From Nibricoccus sp. (GTDB taxonomy: Bacteria; Verrucomicrobiota; Verrucomicrobiia; Opitutales; Opitutaceae): 64,000 nucleotides of DNA. A program made the translations under genes and the position numbers. Below the pieces are notes generated by a model. The model did not search any database and was not told the DNA's origin. It saw only the letters and a program-made list of their open reading frames with translations. Location: NCBI GenBank assembly GCA_047602425.1, contig JASGHG010000001.1, forward strand, positions 640,001-704,000, given 5' to 3'. Of this stretch, positions 10,216 through 20,340 are shown piece after piece (the stretch's first letter is position 1; each line of letters starts with the position of its first letter).

Positions 10216-12165
10216 ATGTCGCCAAAAAACGTCATTCCAGAACGTATCGCCGAAGCATTGATGCGCTTCCCGCCGTTTTCGATGCTGCCCGAAAAAGAGG
10301 TGCATGCGCTCGCCAGTGTCGCGACGGTTTGGATGGTGCCGGCCGGTGAAACCGTGTGGAAACAGGGCGAACAGCCGGGCGACGACGTCCTCTTTCTTGC
10401 CCGCGGCCGCGTGGAATATGTGTGGAATCACGAGGAACGCAGTGAGCGCGTGGACGTGCGGGATGTCGGAGATGTGCTCGGCCTGAGCGCCCTGGTGCGA
10501 AACGAGCCTTTCCGCGTCACTGCTCAAGCGCTCGAAGACAGTCTTTTTTATGGCATGCCTTGGGCGCGAGTCCGGGTGTTGCTCGACCAAAACGACGCCG
10601 CGCGCAACTACGTGCGCCGCCATTTATTTTGGGCGGTGCGCGTCGGCAGTCCGATCGAATTTTCCGAGCCCACCGAATCCAGCGTGGCCGGCCGCGCAAA
10701 AAACATTCTGCAAGCCCATCTCGACGGCGCCCAGATCGTGCAACCGCGCTCGGCCGAACGTCTGCTCACCTGCGGGCCCGACGCCAGTATCCATGAAGCC
10801 GCTACACTCATGTCGTCAAAACGCGTGCCGTCCGTCCTCGTGGTGGACGAAAAGCGGTGGCCTCTCGGCATCGTGACCAGCAACACCTTGGTCAAACACG
10901 TCATCGTGGACGGCCTCGACAAGGCCGAGCCGGTCTCGCGAATCATGGCCAGCCCGGTCTTCACCGTCGCGCCACGCTCCAGCGCCACCGCGGCCACTTT
11001 GCTCATGCTGCGCGAACGGATTGGCCAAGTTTGCGTTACCGAGGACGGCACGCCGCTTAGCCCCGCTCTCGACGTTTGCACCCACAAGGACTTGCTCGCC
11101 CAAAGCGGACATCACCCCGCCGGCCTCTTGCGAGAAATACGTTTCGCACGGTCTCCCGCGCGTTTCCGTGAACTGTGCGATGAAATCCAAACCATCGCAC
11201 AGAGCTATCTCGACGCCGGCGTATCCGCTATCTATCTCGGGCAAATCACCGCCGAACTCTACGATGAGCTCGCCCAACGTCTCCTCGCGCTCTCCATCGA
11301 CGAACTCGCCGAGGAAGGCACGCGGTTTCCCCGTCTTTCGTGGGCGTGGATGTCGGTCGGCAGCGACGGTCGACGCGAACAAATTCTGCGGACCGACATG
11401 GACAACGCCCTGGTTTTCGCGCCGTCGCTGACGCCGCAGGAAGACGACCAGGCGCGCGCCATATTTGTGCAGCTCGCCAGCCGCGTGATCGAAAAACTCG
11501 CCGCCGCCGGGTTCGCGCGCTGCCAGGGCGGAGTCATGGCGCTCAATCCCAAATGGTGCCGAACCACGACGGAGTGGATAAAAGAAATTGAATCGCTCGA
11601 TGCTTCCGCCGGCGGGGAGCCGCTGCTCCGCGCCACCGTGCTTTACGACCTTCGCTATGTCGCGGGCGACCGGGATCTCTGCGACCGGCTTCGCGAAAAG
11701 ATTCAGCAAACCGTCACCAACTCACCAGGCCTGCAACGCCGCCTGGCCGAACTCATCATCGATACCGCCCCGCCGCTCAACTTCATCGGCCGCTTCGTTG
11801 TCGAAACACTCGGTATCGGCAATCAGGAATTCGATCTGAAATCCCGCGGCATGGCCCCGCTCCGCGACGCCGCCCGCCTTTTCACCCTCAAACATCAGCT
11901 TAGCCGCCATTATTCCACTGGCGGACGTTGGGACGAGCTTCGCCGCACCGTGCCGGCCATGCGCGAGACCGCTGCGCTCGCCCGCGAAGCCTACGATTTT
12001 CTCCTTCGTCTGCGCACGCTCAATGGTCTGCGTCGCGGCGACTCCGGTCGTCACCTCGATCCTTCGACCCTCACCAAACTTGAGCGCGCCCAGCTCGCGA
12101 ACGTTTTCGACGTCGTGCGCACCGTGCAACAAATCGTGCAGGTCGAATTTCCTCAAAACCGGTGA
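10216..12165 (+). CDS. cNMP-binding + CBS pair + DUF294 nucleotidyltransferase-like protein
   Basis: FPPFSML/cNMP-like N-terminus, CBS pair (PLGIVT, IMASPVFTV), GSDGRREQILRTDMDNA NTase motif, CQGGVMALNPKW, FDLKSRG. Confidence 0.9.
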   Translation: MSPKNVIPERIAEALMRFPPFSMLPEKEVHALASVATVWMVPAGETVWKQGEQPGDDVLFLARGRVEYVWNHEERSERVDVRDVGDVLGLSALVRNEPFRVTAQALEDSLFYGMPWARVRVLLDQNDAARNYVRRHLFWAVRVGSPIEFSEPTESSVAGRAKNILQAHLDGAQIVQPRSAERLLTCGPDASIHEAATLMSSKRVPSVLVVDEKRWPLGIVTSNTLVKHVIVDGLDKAEPVSRIMASPVFTVAPRSSATAATLLMLRERIGQVCVTEDGTPLSPALDVCTHKDLLAQSGHHPAGLLREIRFARSPARFRELCDEIQTIAQSYLDAGVSAIYLGQITAELYDELAQRLLALSIDELAEEGTRFPRLSWAWMSVGSDGRREQILRTDMDNALVFAPSLTPQEDDQARAIFVQLASRVIEKLAAAGFARCQGGVMALNPKWCRTTTEWIKEIESLDASAGGEPLLRATVLYDLRYVAGDRDLCDRLREKIQQTVTNSPGLQRRLAELIIDTAPPLNFIGRFVVETLGIGNQEFDLKSRGMAPLRDAARLFTLKHQLSRHYSTGGRWDELRRTVPAMRETAALAREAYDFLLRLRTLNGLRRGDSGRHLDPSTLTKLERAQLANVFDVVRTVQQIVQVEFPQNR

Positions 12166-12177
12166 AAATCGGCAGAA

Positions 12178-12300
12178 TTTGTCACAGAGAATACAGAGCT
12201 CGGACACAGAAAGCAGAGAGAGAGAGAGAAACCCAATGCCTTCCCTTTCTTTCTGACTCCGTGGCCTCTGTGTCCGAGCTCTGTGCCCTCTGTGGCCAAA
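12178..12300. repeat. REP/MITE-like inverted repeat with a central (AG)7 tract
   Basis: Perfect 18-bp arms acagagctcggacacaga (12193-12210) and tctgtgtccgagctctgt (12267-12284), with imperfect extensions; (AG)7 at 12215-12228. Confidence 0.8.
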
Positions 12301-12326
12301 ACTTCTTATATCCCCAAAATTAAGCC

Positions 12327-13004
12327 ATGCTCTGGTTTCGCAAAACACCTCTCCCGCCGATCATTCAGAACTACATTGAGGCGACGCCAAAACGCATTCC
12401 CGGAAAAACGCCGCTTAACGAACTCCTTTTCATCGCGCTGGATTGCGAAACGACAGGCTTCAACTCGCAGCAGGATCGCATGCTTTCGCTCGCCATTGCG
12501 GAGTTGCGCGGAGGTCGTTTGCACATCGCGCGCTCCGCGGCTTGGATCTTTCGACAGAATCGGCCGGTAACGCAGGCGGTTTCGGTTCACGGCATTCTCC
12601 CTTCGGACACCGCCGTTGGCCAGCCCGAGCCCGACATCCTGCTCGAACTCCTTCCCCGGTTGCACAACGCGATCATTGTCGGCCACCACATCGGGTTCGA
12701 TGTCGCCATGTTGAACGCGGCCATGAAGCGTCACTTCAAGGCAAGCCTGCGTAATCAAATTCTGGATACCGGCCGTTTCGCGATGCAAGCCGTCGAGGCT
12801 TTCGCTCGCACCGGATATCCCGGCCAGCGCGAACCCACGCTCGACGAGGTTTGCAGCCAATGCGACATCACGCCCACTGACCGGCATACGGCCGACGGCG
12901 ATACCTTCACCACCGCCACGCTCTTTCTTGCGATGTGCGCCCGTCGCCAGCGCCAATTAGGCCGCCCCCTGCGCGCGAACGATCTGCCATTGGCACCGGC
13001 ATAA
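12327..13004 (+). CDS. DEDDh 3'-5' exonuclease (DnaQ/PolC-like)
   Basis: ALDCETTG, GHHIGFD and RHTADGD motifs; usual neighbour of DUF294 genes. Confidence 0.9.
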   Translation: MLWFRKTPLPPIIQNYIEATPKRIPGKTPLNELLFIALDCETTGFNSQQDRMLSLAIAELRGGRLHIARSAAWIFRQNRPVTQAVSVHGILPSDTAVGQPEPDILLELLPRLHNAIIVGHHIGFDVAMLNAAMKRHFKASLRNQILDTGRFAMQAVEAFARTGYPGQREPTLDEVCSQCDITPTDRHTADGDTFTTATLFLAMCARRQRQLGRPLRANDLPLAPA

Positions 13005-13063
13005 GACACAATGGCCGCTGCGCCATTGCCTTGTCGCGGCGGTCGGGTTTTATTGGCGGGCCT

Positions 13064-13975
13064 GTGAATCCTGGATCTCTTCGTACCGTCGCTATTTTAT
13101 CCGCCATCCTCCTTGGCTCGCTTATTCCGCAGGCACAGGCCGGGGCTTTTCTCATCCGCTGGCTGATCATCACGATGCTCTTCATCGTGTTTTTGCAAAC
13201 GCGGCTTTCACGCGAAGCGTTGCAGCGCAGTCACGGCTGGTTGCTCGCGGCCAATATCGCGATGGGTTTTGTCGGCTGGTGTCTCGGTTGGCTGATAGGT
13301 GGACGGGAACTCGCGCTCGCCGGATTTTTTTGCGGAATCACGCCCACAGCTTCCGCCGCTCCGGTGATCATGAATTTCCTGCGGGGGCGCGTGGACTACG
13401 TGGTCGCGGCGTTTTTGCTCACCAATCTTTTGGTGGCGGCGCTCCTGCCAGTGCTGATGCCGTTGATGCTCGGCCGCGTCGTGCCGCGGTTGTTTGCCGA
13501 CGTGTTCGGGAGTGTGGGGTTCGTCGTATTTGTGCCGCTCGTCGTGGCTTTGCTGGTGCGAAAAGTTCACCCGTCCGCCACTGAATGGCCGAAGCGCCTG
13601 CGCAATGTTTCCTTTAGTCTGTGGGTGGCGACCATGTTCCTCATCACCGCGCGGGTTTCGGCCTTCCTGCGCGAGCATCGCGAAATCCCCGTGCAAGTGG
13701 TCCTGACAATCGCGGCGTTGTCCTGTGTTTTATGCGTTGCGAATTTTTCGCTCGGACGCTGGATCGGCGGCCGCGAGTTCGCCCGGGAAGCCAGTCAGTC
13801 CCTCGGCCAGAAAAATACCGCGTTTACCATTTACCTCGCCCTCGCCTACGCGAGCCCGCTCGTCGCTCTCGGCCCGACCTGCTATGTTCTCTGGCACAAC
13901 CTCTGGAATTCCTGGCAACTTCACCAACAAGCCCGTGCGGAAAGCGGCGTGGGAACGGCAAAGGCCACGCATTGA
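13064..13975 (+). CDS. Bile acid:sodium symporter (BASS)-like membrane transporter
   Basis: Multi-TM protein with TPTASAAP and SQSLGQKNT motifs; GTG 13064 chosen because the longer ORF overlaps the exonuclease. Confidence 0.8.
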   Translation: MNPGSLRTVAILSAILLGSLIPQAQAGAFLIRWLIITMLFIVFLQTRLSREALQRSHGWLLAANIAMGFVGWCLGWLIGGRELALAGFFCGITPTASAAPVIMNFLRGRVDYVVAAFLLTNLLVAALLPVLMPLMLGRVVPRLFADVFGSVGFVVFVPLVVALLVRKVHPSATEWPKRLRNVSFSLWVATMFLITARVSAFLREHREIPVQVVLTIAALSCVLCVANFSLGRWIGGREFAREASQSLGQKNTAFTIYLALAYASPLVALGPTCYVLWHNLWNSWQLHQQARAESGVGTAKATH

Positions 13976-14042
13976 TCACGCAACTTTTACCTCCGCCGGA
14001 CGTCTAATCTTTCCCCGGCGCGGTCCCTCCCGCCGTCGTGCC

Positions 14043-15710
14043 ATGACTTTAAAACATATTTTCTTCATCGCTCTGCTGACGTTTGCCCTGATTGCGTTTT
14101 TCGCCTTTCGCGGTTCCAACACCAATCGCCAAGCCCAAGCGCCCATCCCCGATCTTCCGGCTGACCTTGGCAAAGTTTCCACCGCCGACATGGACCGGCT
14201 GATGAATGCCACCGTCCCCACCAACACCACGTCGCGCGAGTTGCTCGCGTCCATTTCGGAAAAACTCCGCCAGCGCATTGAGCGCGCCAATGCCCGTCCT
14301 CGCGAGGCAGTGCTCTCCTTCAAGAATGCCGAGGCTCTGCGCGCATTTCTCGCGCGCGCCGAATCCTCCGGCCTGCACGTGCTCGACCGTATCGACGCGT
14401 TCAATACTGTTCGCGTGCAATACGACTCGACCCAGCATCTCGCCCGGGAATTGATCGAAAATTCCGCCGACTACGCGCAGGTGGCCGCCAACTTCTACAT
14501 CAACAATCCCGATTCCGCCACGCCGCCGCAAGCCCAGGCCCGCGCGGCACGCAATCAAACTCCCGTGGGGAACCAATTACTATCGGTCCTTGGCGTGGCC
14601 GGCGGCAACGCCAACTGGGGCAATGGTGTGACCATCGCCATCCTCGACAGCGGTGTCGCCGCAGACCCGACCTTCGGACTCGGCCGGCTGAAAACCATCG
14701 ATATCGGGCTCGGCACCGCACCTGCCGCCGGCACCGAGGGAGGCCACGGAACCGCCGTCGCTTCACTCGCCGCTGGCCAATCGGCAGACGCCCAGGGTGT
14801 CGCCCCCGCCGCCAGTCTCCTCAGCATCCGCGTCGCCGACAATGATGGCAAAAGCGATTCGTTTACCGTTGCCCGTGCCATTCTCGCAGCAGTCGATGCC
14901 GGCGCAAAAATCGTCAACGTCAGCCTCGGCGGTTATGGCACGAACTTCGCCCTCGACTATGCGATCGACTACGCCACCACCCGTGGCGTCGTGCTCGTCG
15001 CCGCGGCCGGCAACGACCAGGCTGCGCAACTCACGTGGCCCGCTGCCGATCCCCGGGTCATCTCCGTCGGAGCGGTCGATGCCAATGGCCAACAAGTCAT
15101 TTTCTCCAACTCCGGCGAGCAACTCAAAATCACCGCTCCCGGCCTCGCCCTGCAAGCCGCGTGGTCCGATGGCACCCGCGTGAATTTCAGCGGCACATCA
15201 GGAAGCGCGCCAGTCGTGTCCGGCTCCATCGCGGCATTAATGTCGCAGAATCCCGAACTCACCGCCCCGCAGGCCTGGCAGATTCTGCAATCCCATGCCA
15301 ACGAAGCGGGCCGCCCCGGCGCCGACGCCGATTATGGCAGCGGCGTGCTCAATCTCGGCTGGTCCATCGCCCGCAATGACCCCACGCGCGTCGACACCGC
15401 CGTCGCAAGCCACTATTACAACGCAACCAACGAACAGCTCCAAATCGTGCTGCAAAACCGCAGCGCCAGCGCCGTCGCGGGCATGGATCTCAACATAGAG
15501 ATCAACGGCGCGCTCCAGCATTATCCCGTTTCGTGGCTCGCCGCCGGTTCTACAACCATTGTCAATCTGCCCATTTCCGCCAACCAACTTGCGGCCGCGG
15601 GACAGATCGAGTTCCGCACGGAACTCGTGAATCCGACCGGCACAACCGATGCCGAACCCGCCAATAATCGCCGATACAGCGCATTGTCCGCACCCGGCCG
15701 CTCGCGCTAA
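14043..15710 (+). CDS. S8 (subtilisin-like) serine peptidase with N-terminal membrane anchor/signal and C-terminal Ig-like domain
   Basis: Triad ILDSG, GHGTAVAS and FSGTSGSAP; AAAGND oxyanion motif; hydrophobic N-terminus from ATG 14043. Confidence 0.9.
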   Translation: MTLKHIFFIALLTFALIAFFAFRGSNTNRQAQAPIPDLPADLGKVSTADMDRLMNATVPTNTTSRELLASISEKLRQRIERANARPREAVLSFKNAEALRAFLARAESSGLHVLDRIDAFNTVRVQYDSTQHLARELIENSADYAQVAANFYINNPDSATPPQAQARAARNQTPVGNQLLSVLGVAGGNANWGNGVTIAILDSGVAADPTFGLGRLKTIDIGLGTAPAAGTEGGHGTAVASLAAGQSADAQGVAPAASLLSIRVADNDGKSDSFTVARAILAAVDAGAKIVNVSLGGYGTNFALDYAIDYATTRGVVLVAAAGNDQAAQLTWPAADPRVISVGAVDANGQQVIFSNSGEQLKITAPGLALQAAWSDGTRVNFSGTSGSAPVVSGSIAALMSQNPELTAPQAWQILQSHANEAGRPGADADYGSGVLNLGWSIARNDPTRVDTAVASHYYNATNEQLQIVLQNRSASAVAGMDLNIEINGALQHYPVSWLAAGSTTIVNLPISANQLAAAGQIEFRTELVNPTGTTDAEPANNRRYSALSAPGRSR

Positions 15711-15982
15711 AAGGCCCGGCTCGTTTGTCCCAATGCGGCTGGATTTGGCAATCTGACTGGAAGGTTAGGGTTCAATGGTCTTAGTTTACTGTTTTTGTAC
15801 AGTTGAAATCTGGACGTCACACAAGGCTTCTGGCCCTGTGTGAAGTGAGGTTACCGCACTGAAATCGCCAAGGCCGGGGTTTCCCGTCTCTTCACGCGGT
15901 GGCCGCAGCAGCATCACCATTATGTAAACCTTCTTTAAGTACCGGCGGGAGCCCGTATCCGAAGAATCGAAAGTCGCAGCCC

Positions 15983-16915
15983 ATGAATAAACCACTCATC
16001 AGCATTTGCATCGCCGCCTTCAACGCCGAGAAATATCTCGAGGCCACGCTGCGCACTATTCAGTCCCAGACTTTTAAGGATTGGGAACTGATCGTCACCG
16101 AAGACGGCTCCAAGGACCGCACCGAGGACTTCGTTTTGGATTTCTCCCTCAAGGTCCCGCAAAACGTCATCTACAACCGCCACCCGGCCAACCGCGGACT
16201 GCCCGCCACGCGCAACACCGGAGCAGCCGCTGCCTCTGGCGAATGGATCGTCTTTCTCGATGCCGACGATCTGTGGAAACCCGAACATCTCGAAAGCCTC
16301 GTCTCCTCCAGTCACATCGAAACCTCCGATGTCGTTTTCTCGGGCACCGTCGAGTATGACGATGCCACCTGGACGAAGCTCAGCACTCACACGCCGTCGA
16401 ATCGCGACCTGGCAGATCTTCCACTCGCGCTCTACACCGGCCAGCTCGCCGTCAAATCCTCCGCCGCCATGATCAAACGCGAAGCCCTGCAGCGTTTTGG
16501 TCCGATCGCGGCCGATTTCCCCCTTTGCAGCGACACGGAATTCTGGCTGCGCATCCTTTCGCAGGGCGGCCATCTGCTCTTCAGCGGAACCAACACCTGC
16601 ATCTATCGCCAACACAGCGCCTGCCTCTCTTCCAAAACCGCCGCCACCTTGATCGAAACCGCTCGCATCTGTGAACATTACTCCGAGTGGGACGCCATTC
16701 CGCGCATGGTCGCCCGCACCCGCACCGCCGGTCTTTACCGTTCGGCCGGCCGTTCCCTCCTCGCCGACAATCCGGCCGACGCGCTCAAACCGCTCTCGAC
16801 TTCGCTGCGCTTGGTCCCCCTCGCGCCGAAAACACTCGGCCTCTGGGCCAAGGCGTTCTTCACCCAAGGCACACGTTCCCGCCGCGCCCCCGCCCCCAGC
16901 CGTCAAGCCGCCTGA
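15983..16915 (+). CDS. Glycosyltransferase family 2
   Basis: ISICIAAFNAEKYL, EDGSKDRT, NRGLPATRNTG, FLDADD. Confidence 0.9.
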   Translation: MNKPLISICIAAFNAEKYLEATLRTIQSQTFKDWELIVTEDGSKDRTEDFVLDFSLKVPQNVIYNRHPANRGLPATRNTGAAAASGEWIVFLDADDLWKPEHLESLVSSSHIETSDVVFSGTVEYDDATWTKLSTHTPSNRDLADLPLALYTGQLAVKSSAAMIKREALQRFGPIAADFPLCSDTEFWLRILSQGGHLLFSGTNTCIYRQHSACLSSKTAATLIETARICEHYSEWDAIPRMVARTRTAGLYRSAGRSLLADNPADALKPLSTSLRLVPLAPKTLGLWAKAFFTQGTRSRRAPAPSRQAA

Positions 16916-16971
16916 GAGAAATAAACTCCCCGGTCACGGTCGCTTTTCCCTAACAACTGTCCCACCCCAAA

Positions 16972-17055
16972 CGTTCGTCATCTATTGGATGACAAACGTG
17001 CAACGCACATCTCCCATTGGTTTCCGACCGTTCGTCATCCAATAAATGACAAACG
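16972..17055. repeat. Pair of 27-bp palindromes in inverted orientation (REP-like)
   Basis: cgttcgtcat-ctattgg-atgacaaacg (16972-16998) and cgttcgtcat-ccaataa-atgacaaacg (17029-17055). Confidence 0.85.
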
Positions 17056-17191
17056 CTTGCTTGGGCGGTTGTCGTATGGCAGGCCGTGAGAGGCGGTGTC
17101 CTACGGAACGTTCGACAAAGAATAATCGGCTTTCAGCTTTTAGGTTTGCGTACTTGCGCCGAGGCAACGCGCGCCCAAGCTTTTGGCCTCT

Positions 17192-18490
17192 ATGAATTAC
17201 CAAGGTCTTGGCACCAAAGCTCTCCACGCCGGCCAAAAGCCGGACCCCACCACCGGATCGCGCGCCGTTCCGATTTACCAGACGACCAGCTATGTCTTCC
17301 GCGACACCGAGCACGCCGCGAATCTTTTTGCACTGAAGGAACTGGGCAACATCTACACGCGCCTGATGAACCCCACGACCGACGTGTTCGAGCAACGCGT
17401 CGCGGCTCTTGAAGGTGGTTCGGGTGCGCTCGCCCACTCGTCCGGCCAGGCCGCCATCACCGATGCTATCCTCAACATCGCCGGCGCCGGCGACCACATT
17501 GTGTCCGTCTCCCAGCTCTACGGCGGCACGTATAACCTTTTCCACTACACTTTCAAAAAGCTCGGCATCGATGTCACGTTCGTCGACGCGCAGGATCCCG
17601 ACGCTTTCCGCCGCGCGGTGAAGCCGAACACCAAGGCCTTCTACGGCGAGGGCCTTGGCAATCCCGCGCTCAACATTTTCCCCTTTGAAGAGGTTGCGAA
17701 AATCGGCCGCGAGCTCGGCATCCCGGTCATCGTCGACAACACTTGCCTATCGCCAATTCTCAACCGCCCGATCGAATGGGGCGTCAACGTCGTCGTTCAT
17801 TCCGCCACCAAATACATCGGCGGCCATGGCACCTCCATCGCCGGCATCGTCGTTGACGGCGGCAATTTCAATTGGGGCAACGGCAAATTCCCCGGCTTCA
17901 CCCAGCCCGATCCGAGCTACCATGGGCTCGTGCATTGGGACGCGTTCAAGGCCTTCCCGCCCGCCGGCGGCGCGAACATCGCCTACATTTTGAAGATGCG
18001 CCTGCAACTTCTCCGCGACGTCGGTGCCTGCGTGAGCCCGTTCAATTCCTTCCAGGCGTTGCAAGGTCTCGAAACCTTGCACCTGCGCATGGAGCGCATT
18101 TGCCAGAACGCGATGAAGGCCGCCGAGTTTCTGTCGTCGCATCCGAAGGTTGTGTGGGTCAACTATCCCGGCCTCAAGACCAGCCCCAACCACTCCGTCG
18201 CCAAGAAATACCTCAAGGGCGGCTTTGGCGGTTTACTCGGGTTCGGCGTCAAAGGCGGTTTCGAAGCCGGTCGTCGTTTCATCGAAGGCCTGCAGCTCTT
18301 CAGCCATCTCGCGAACATCGGCGATGCCAAGTCACTCGCCATCCACCCGGCCAGCACTACGCACAGCCAGCTCACGGCCGAGGAGCAAAAGTCGACCGGC
18401 GTTTCGCCTGATTTCATTCGCCTGTCGCTCGGCATCGAGGACTTCGAGGATTTGCAGAAGGACCTTGAGGCAGGTTTGGCCAAAGTCTGA
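17192..18490 (+). CDS. metY: O-acetylhomoserine aminocarboxypropyltransferase/sulfhydrylase
   Basis: [26 protein letters not shown] lysine motif [32 protein letters not shown]. Confidence 0.93.
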   Translation: MNYQGLGTKALHAGQKPDPTTGSRAVPIYQTTSYVFRDTEHAANLFALKELGNIYTRLMNPTTDVFEQRVAALEGGSGALAHSSGQAAITDAILNIAGAGDHIVSVSQLYGGTYNLFHYTFKKLGIDVTFVDAQDPDAFRRAVKPNTKAFYGEGLGNPALNIFPFEEVAKIGRELGIPVIVDNTCLSPILNRPIEWGVNVVVHSATKYIGGHGTSIAGIVVDGGNFNWGNGKFPGFTQPDPSYHGLVHWDAFKAFPPAGGANIAYILKMRLQLLRDVGACVSPFNSFQALQGLETLHLRMERICQNAMKAAEFLSSHPKVVWVNYPGLKTSPNHSVAKKYLKGGFGGLLGFGVKGGFEAGRRFIEGLQLFSHLANIGDAKSLAIHPASTTHSQLTAEEQKSTGVSPDFIRLSLGIEDFEDLQKDLEAGLAKV

Positions 18491-18518
18491 CGCGGCCTCG
18501 CTTCTAGTTTTCGTTTTC

Positions 18519-18553
18519 AGGCGGCACCCACCCGGTGCCGCCTTTTTGTTTTT
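18519..18553 (+). terminator. Rho-independent terminator
   Basis: aggcggcacc-caccc-ggtgccgcct followed by a T-rich tail. Confidence 0.85.
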
Positions 18554-18776
18554 ACGGCCAAACACCCGCCAGCCCGATTTCTGTCTAATTTCTTCTCAAT
18601 CAGCTCCCGTTTCTATCCGAATAAGTTACAGTACAACCTTTACCCAGCCCCACGCTAAGGTTGCTGCGAACACGAGTCCTTGGCTCGCTTGCCCTCTGTA
18701 CCAACAGACGAGCAGCCTTGGCCAAGCCGCGCGCAGCCGCAAATGGCCTTTGTCCGATATTTTAAGATCACCTAAC

Positions 18777-20267
18777 ATGTCCCTACCGTTTCCTAAACTC
18801 ACCGCCGCCGAAGCCGCATCCATGGTCAAACATGGCGATGTGCTCGGCCTCAACGCCTTCACCGCCGCCGGCGCCGCCAAAGCCATTTCCCGCGCCATCG
18901 CCGCTCGCGCCCGCGACGAACATGCCGCTGGCCGCCCGTTCAAGGTCGGTATGATCACCGGCGCCTCGACCGGCCCGTCGCTCGACGGCGAACTCGCGAA
19001 GGCCGACGCCGTGTCGTTCCGCACACCGTTCCAGTCCGACGCCGACATGCGCAAGGCGATCAACGAGGGCAAAGTGCAGTTTTTCGACATGCATCTTTCC
19101 GCCCTGCCACAGGCTCTGCGCTACGGCCACTTGGGCAAAATGACTTGGGCCATCGTCGAGGCCTGCGACGTCGATGCCGACGGCTCCATTACGCTCACTT
19201 CTTGCGTTGGCGCAGCTCCCACCATGTGCCGCGTCGCGGACAAAGTTTTGATTGAGCTCAGCGGCGCCCATCCAAAAGCCCTGCGCGGCATCCACGATAT
19301 TTACGAGCCCGCCGATCCACCGTACCGCCGCGAGATCCCGATCTACAAGTGCTCGGACCGCATCGGCTCGCCCGTCATCAAGGTTCCGCCTTCCAAGATC
19401 GCCGGCATCGTCGAATCCAATATCGGCGACGAAATCAAAGGCTTCCCACCTCCAGGCGACGAAGCGCAGAAGATCGGTGAAAACGTCGCCAACTTCCTCG
19501 CCGGCGAAATCCGCCGTGGCACCCTGCCGTCTTCGTTCCTCCCGATCCAGTCCGGCGTCGGCGACACCGCCAATGCCGTCATCGGCGCGATGGGCGCGCA
19601 CCCCGACATTCCGCCGTTCGAGATGTACTCCGAAGTTTTGCAGGACTCCGTCTTCGGTCTCATGCAAAAAGGCAAAGTCACGTTCGGTTCCAGCGTGGCT
19701 CTCACCGCCAGCGCCGAAATGCGCAAAACGATTTATGACAATCTCGATTTCTTCCGTCCGCGCATCGTCCTCCGCTCGCAGGAAATCACGAACCATCCCG
19801 AGGTCATCCGTCGCCTCGGCGTCATCTCGATCAACACCGCGATCGAGGCCGACATTTTCGGCAACATCAATAGCACGCACGTCCTCGGCAAGGACCTCAT
19901 GAACGGCATTGGTGGTTCGGGTGATTTCACTCGCAACGCCTTCCTCTCGATCTTCACGTGCCCTTCGACCGCCAAGAACGGCAAGATCAGCACGATCGTC
20001 CCGCTCGTCAGCCACATGGATCACAGCGAACACTCCGTCGCCGCCGTGATCACCGAGCAAGGCGTCGCCGATCTCCGCGGCACCTCGCCCAACGAGCGCG
20101 CCCGCAAGATCATCGAAAATTGCGCGCATCCTGAGTACCGCGACACCCTGCTGCGCTATTGCAACGCCACGAAAAAAGGCCACACCCCGCAATCGCTGGG
20201 CCGTGCCTTCGCGATGCACCAGCGCTTCATGGAAGCGGGCGACATGCGTGGCGCCACCGTCGAATAA
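18777..20267 (+). CDS. Acetyl-CoA hydrolase / succinyl-CoA:acetate CoA-transferase (AarC/Ach1 family)
   Basis: ITGASTG, FFDMHLS, PIQSGVG, YSEVLQD, GNINSTHV, MNGIGGSGDF, TEQGVADLRG; ATG 18777. Confidence 0.92.
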   Translation: MSLPFPKLTAAEAASMVKHGDVLGLNAFTAAGAAKAISRAIAARARDEHAAGRPFKVGMITGASTGPSLDGELAKADAVSFRTPFQSDADMRKAINEGKVQFFDMHLSALPQALRYGHLGKMTWAIVEACDVDADGSITLTSCVGAAPTMCRVADKVLIELSGAHPKALRGIHDIYEPADPPYRREIPIYKCSDRIGSPVIKVPPSKIAGIVESNIGDEIKGFPPPGDEAQKIGENVANFLAGEIRRGTLPSSFLPIQSGVGDTANAVIGAMGAHPDIPPFEMYSEVLQDSVFGLMQKGKVTFGSSVALTASAEMRKTIYDNLDFFRPRIVLRSQEITNHPEVIRRLGVISINTAIEADIFGNINSTHVLGKDLMNGIGGSGDFTRNAFLSIFTCPSTAKNGKISTIVPLVSHMDHSEHSVAAVITEQGVADLRGTSPNERARKIIENCAHPEYRDTLLRYCNATKKGHTPQSLGRAFAMHQRFMEAGDMRGATVE

Positions 20268-20310
20268 AAAACGATCCATTCGCCTCCGCCAAAACCGCGG
20301 AAAATTCTTC

Positions 20311-20340
20311 AAGGCCGGGCCTCAAGGCCCGGCCTTTTTC
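20311..20340 (+). terminator. Rho-independent terminator
   Basis: aaggccgggcct-ca-aggcccggcctt followed by T residues. Confidence 0.8.

Noticed and set aside
15816..15856. Hairpin cacacaaggc..gccctgtgtg upstream of the GT2 as a c-di-GMP riboswitch
   Set aside because: Lacks the GCAAA/GNRA and second-stem features
17060..17191. Possible SAM riboswitch upstream of metY
   Set aside because: No recognisable SAM-I/II core sequence by eye; an Rfam scan would be needed to exclude it
18150..18776. N-terminal extension making the CoA-transferase 705 aa (similar extensions at 13725, 12935 and 53002)
   Set aside because: Overlaps metY and crosses a terminator; family similarity starts at the downstream ATG
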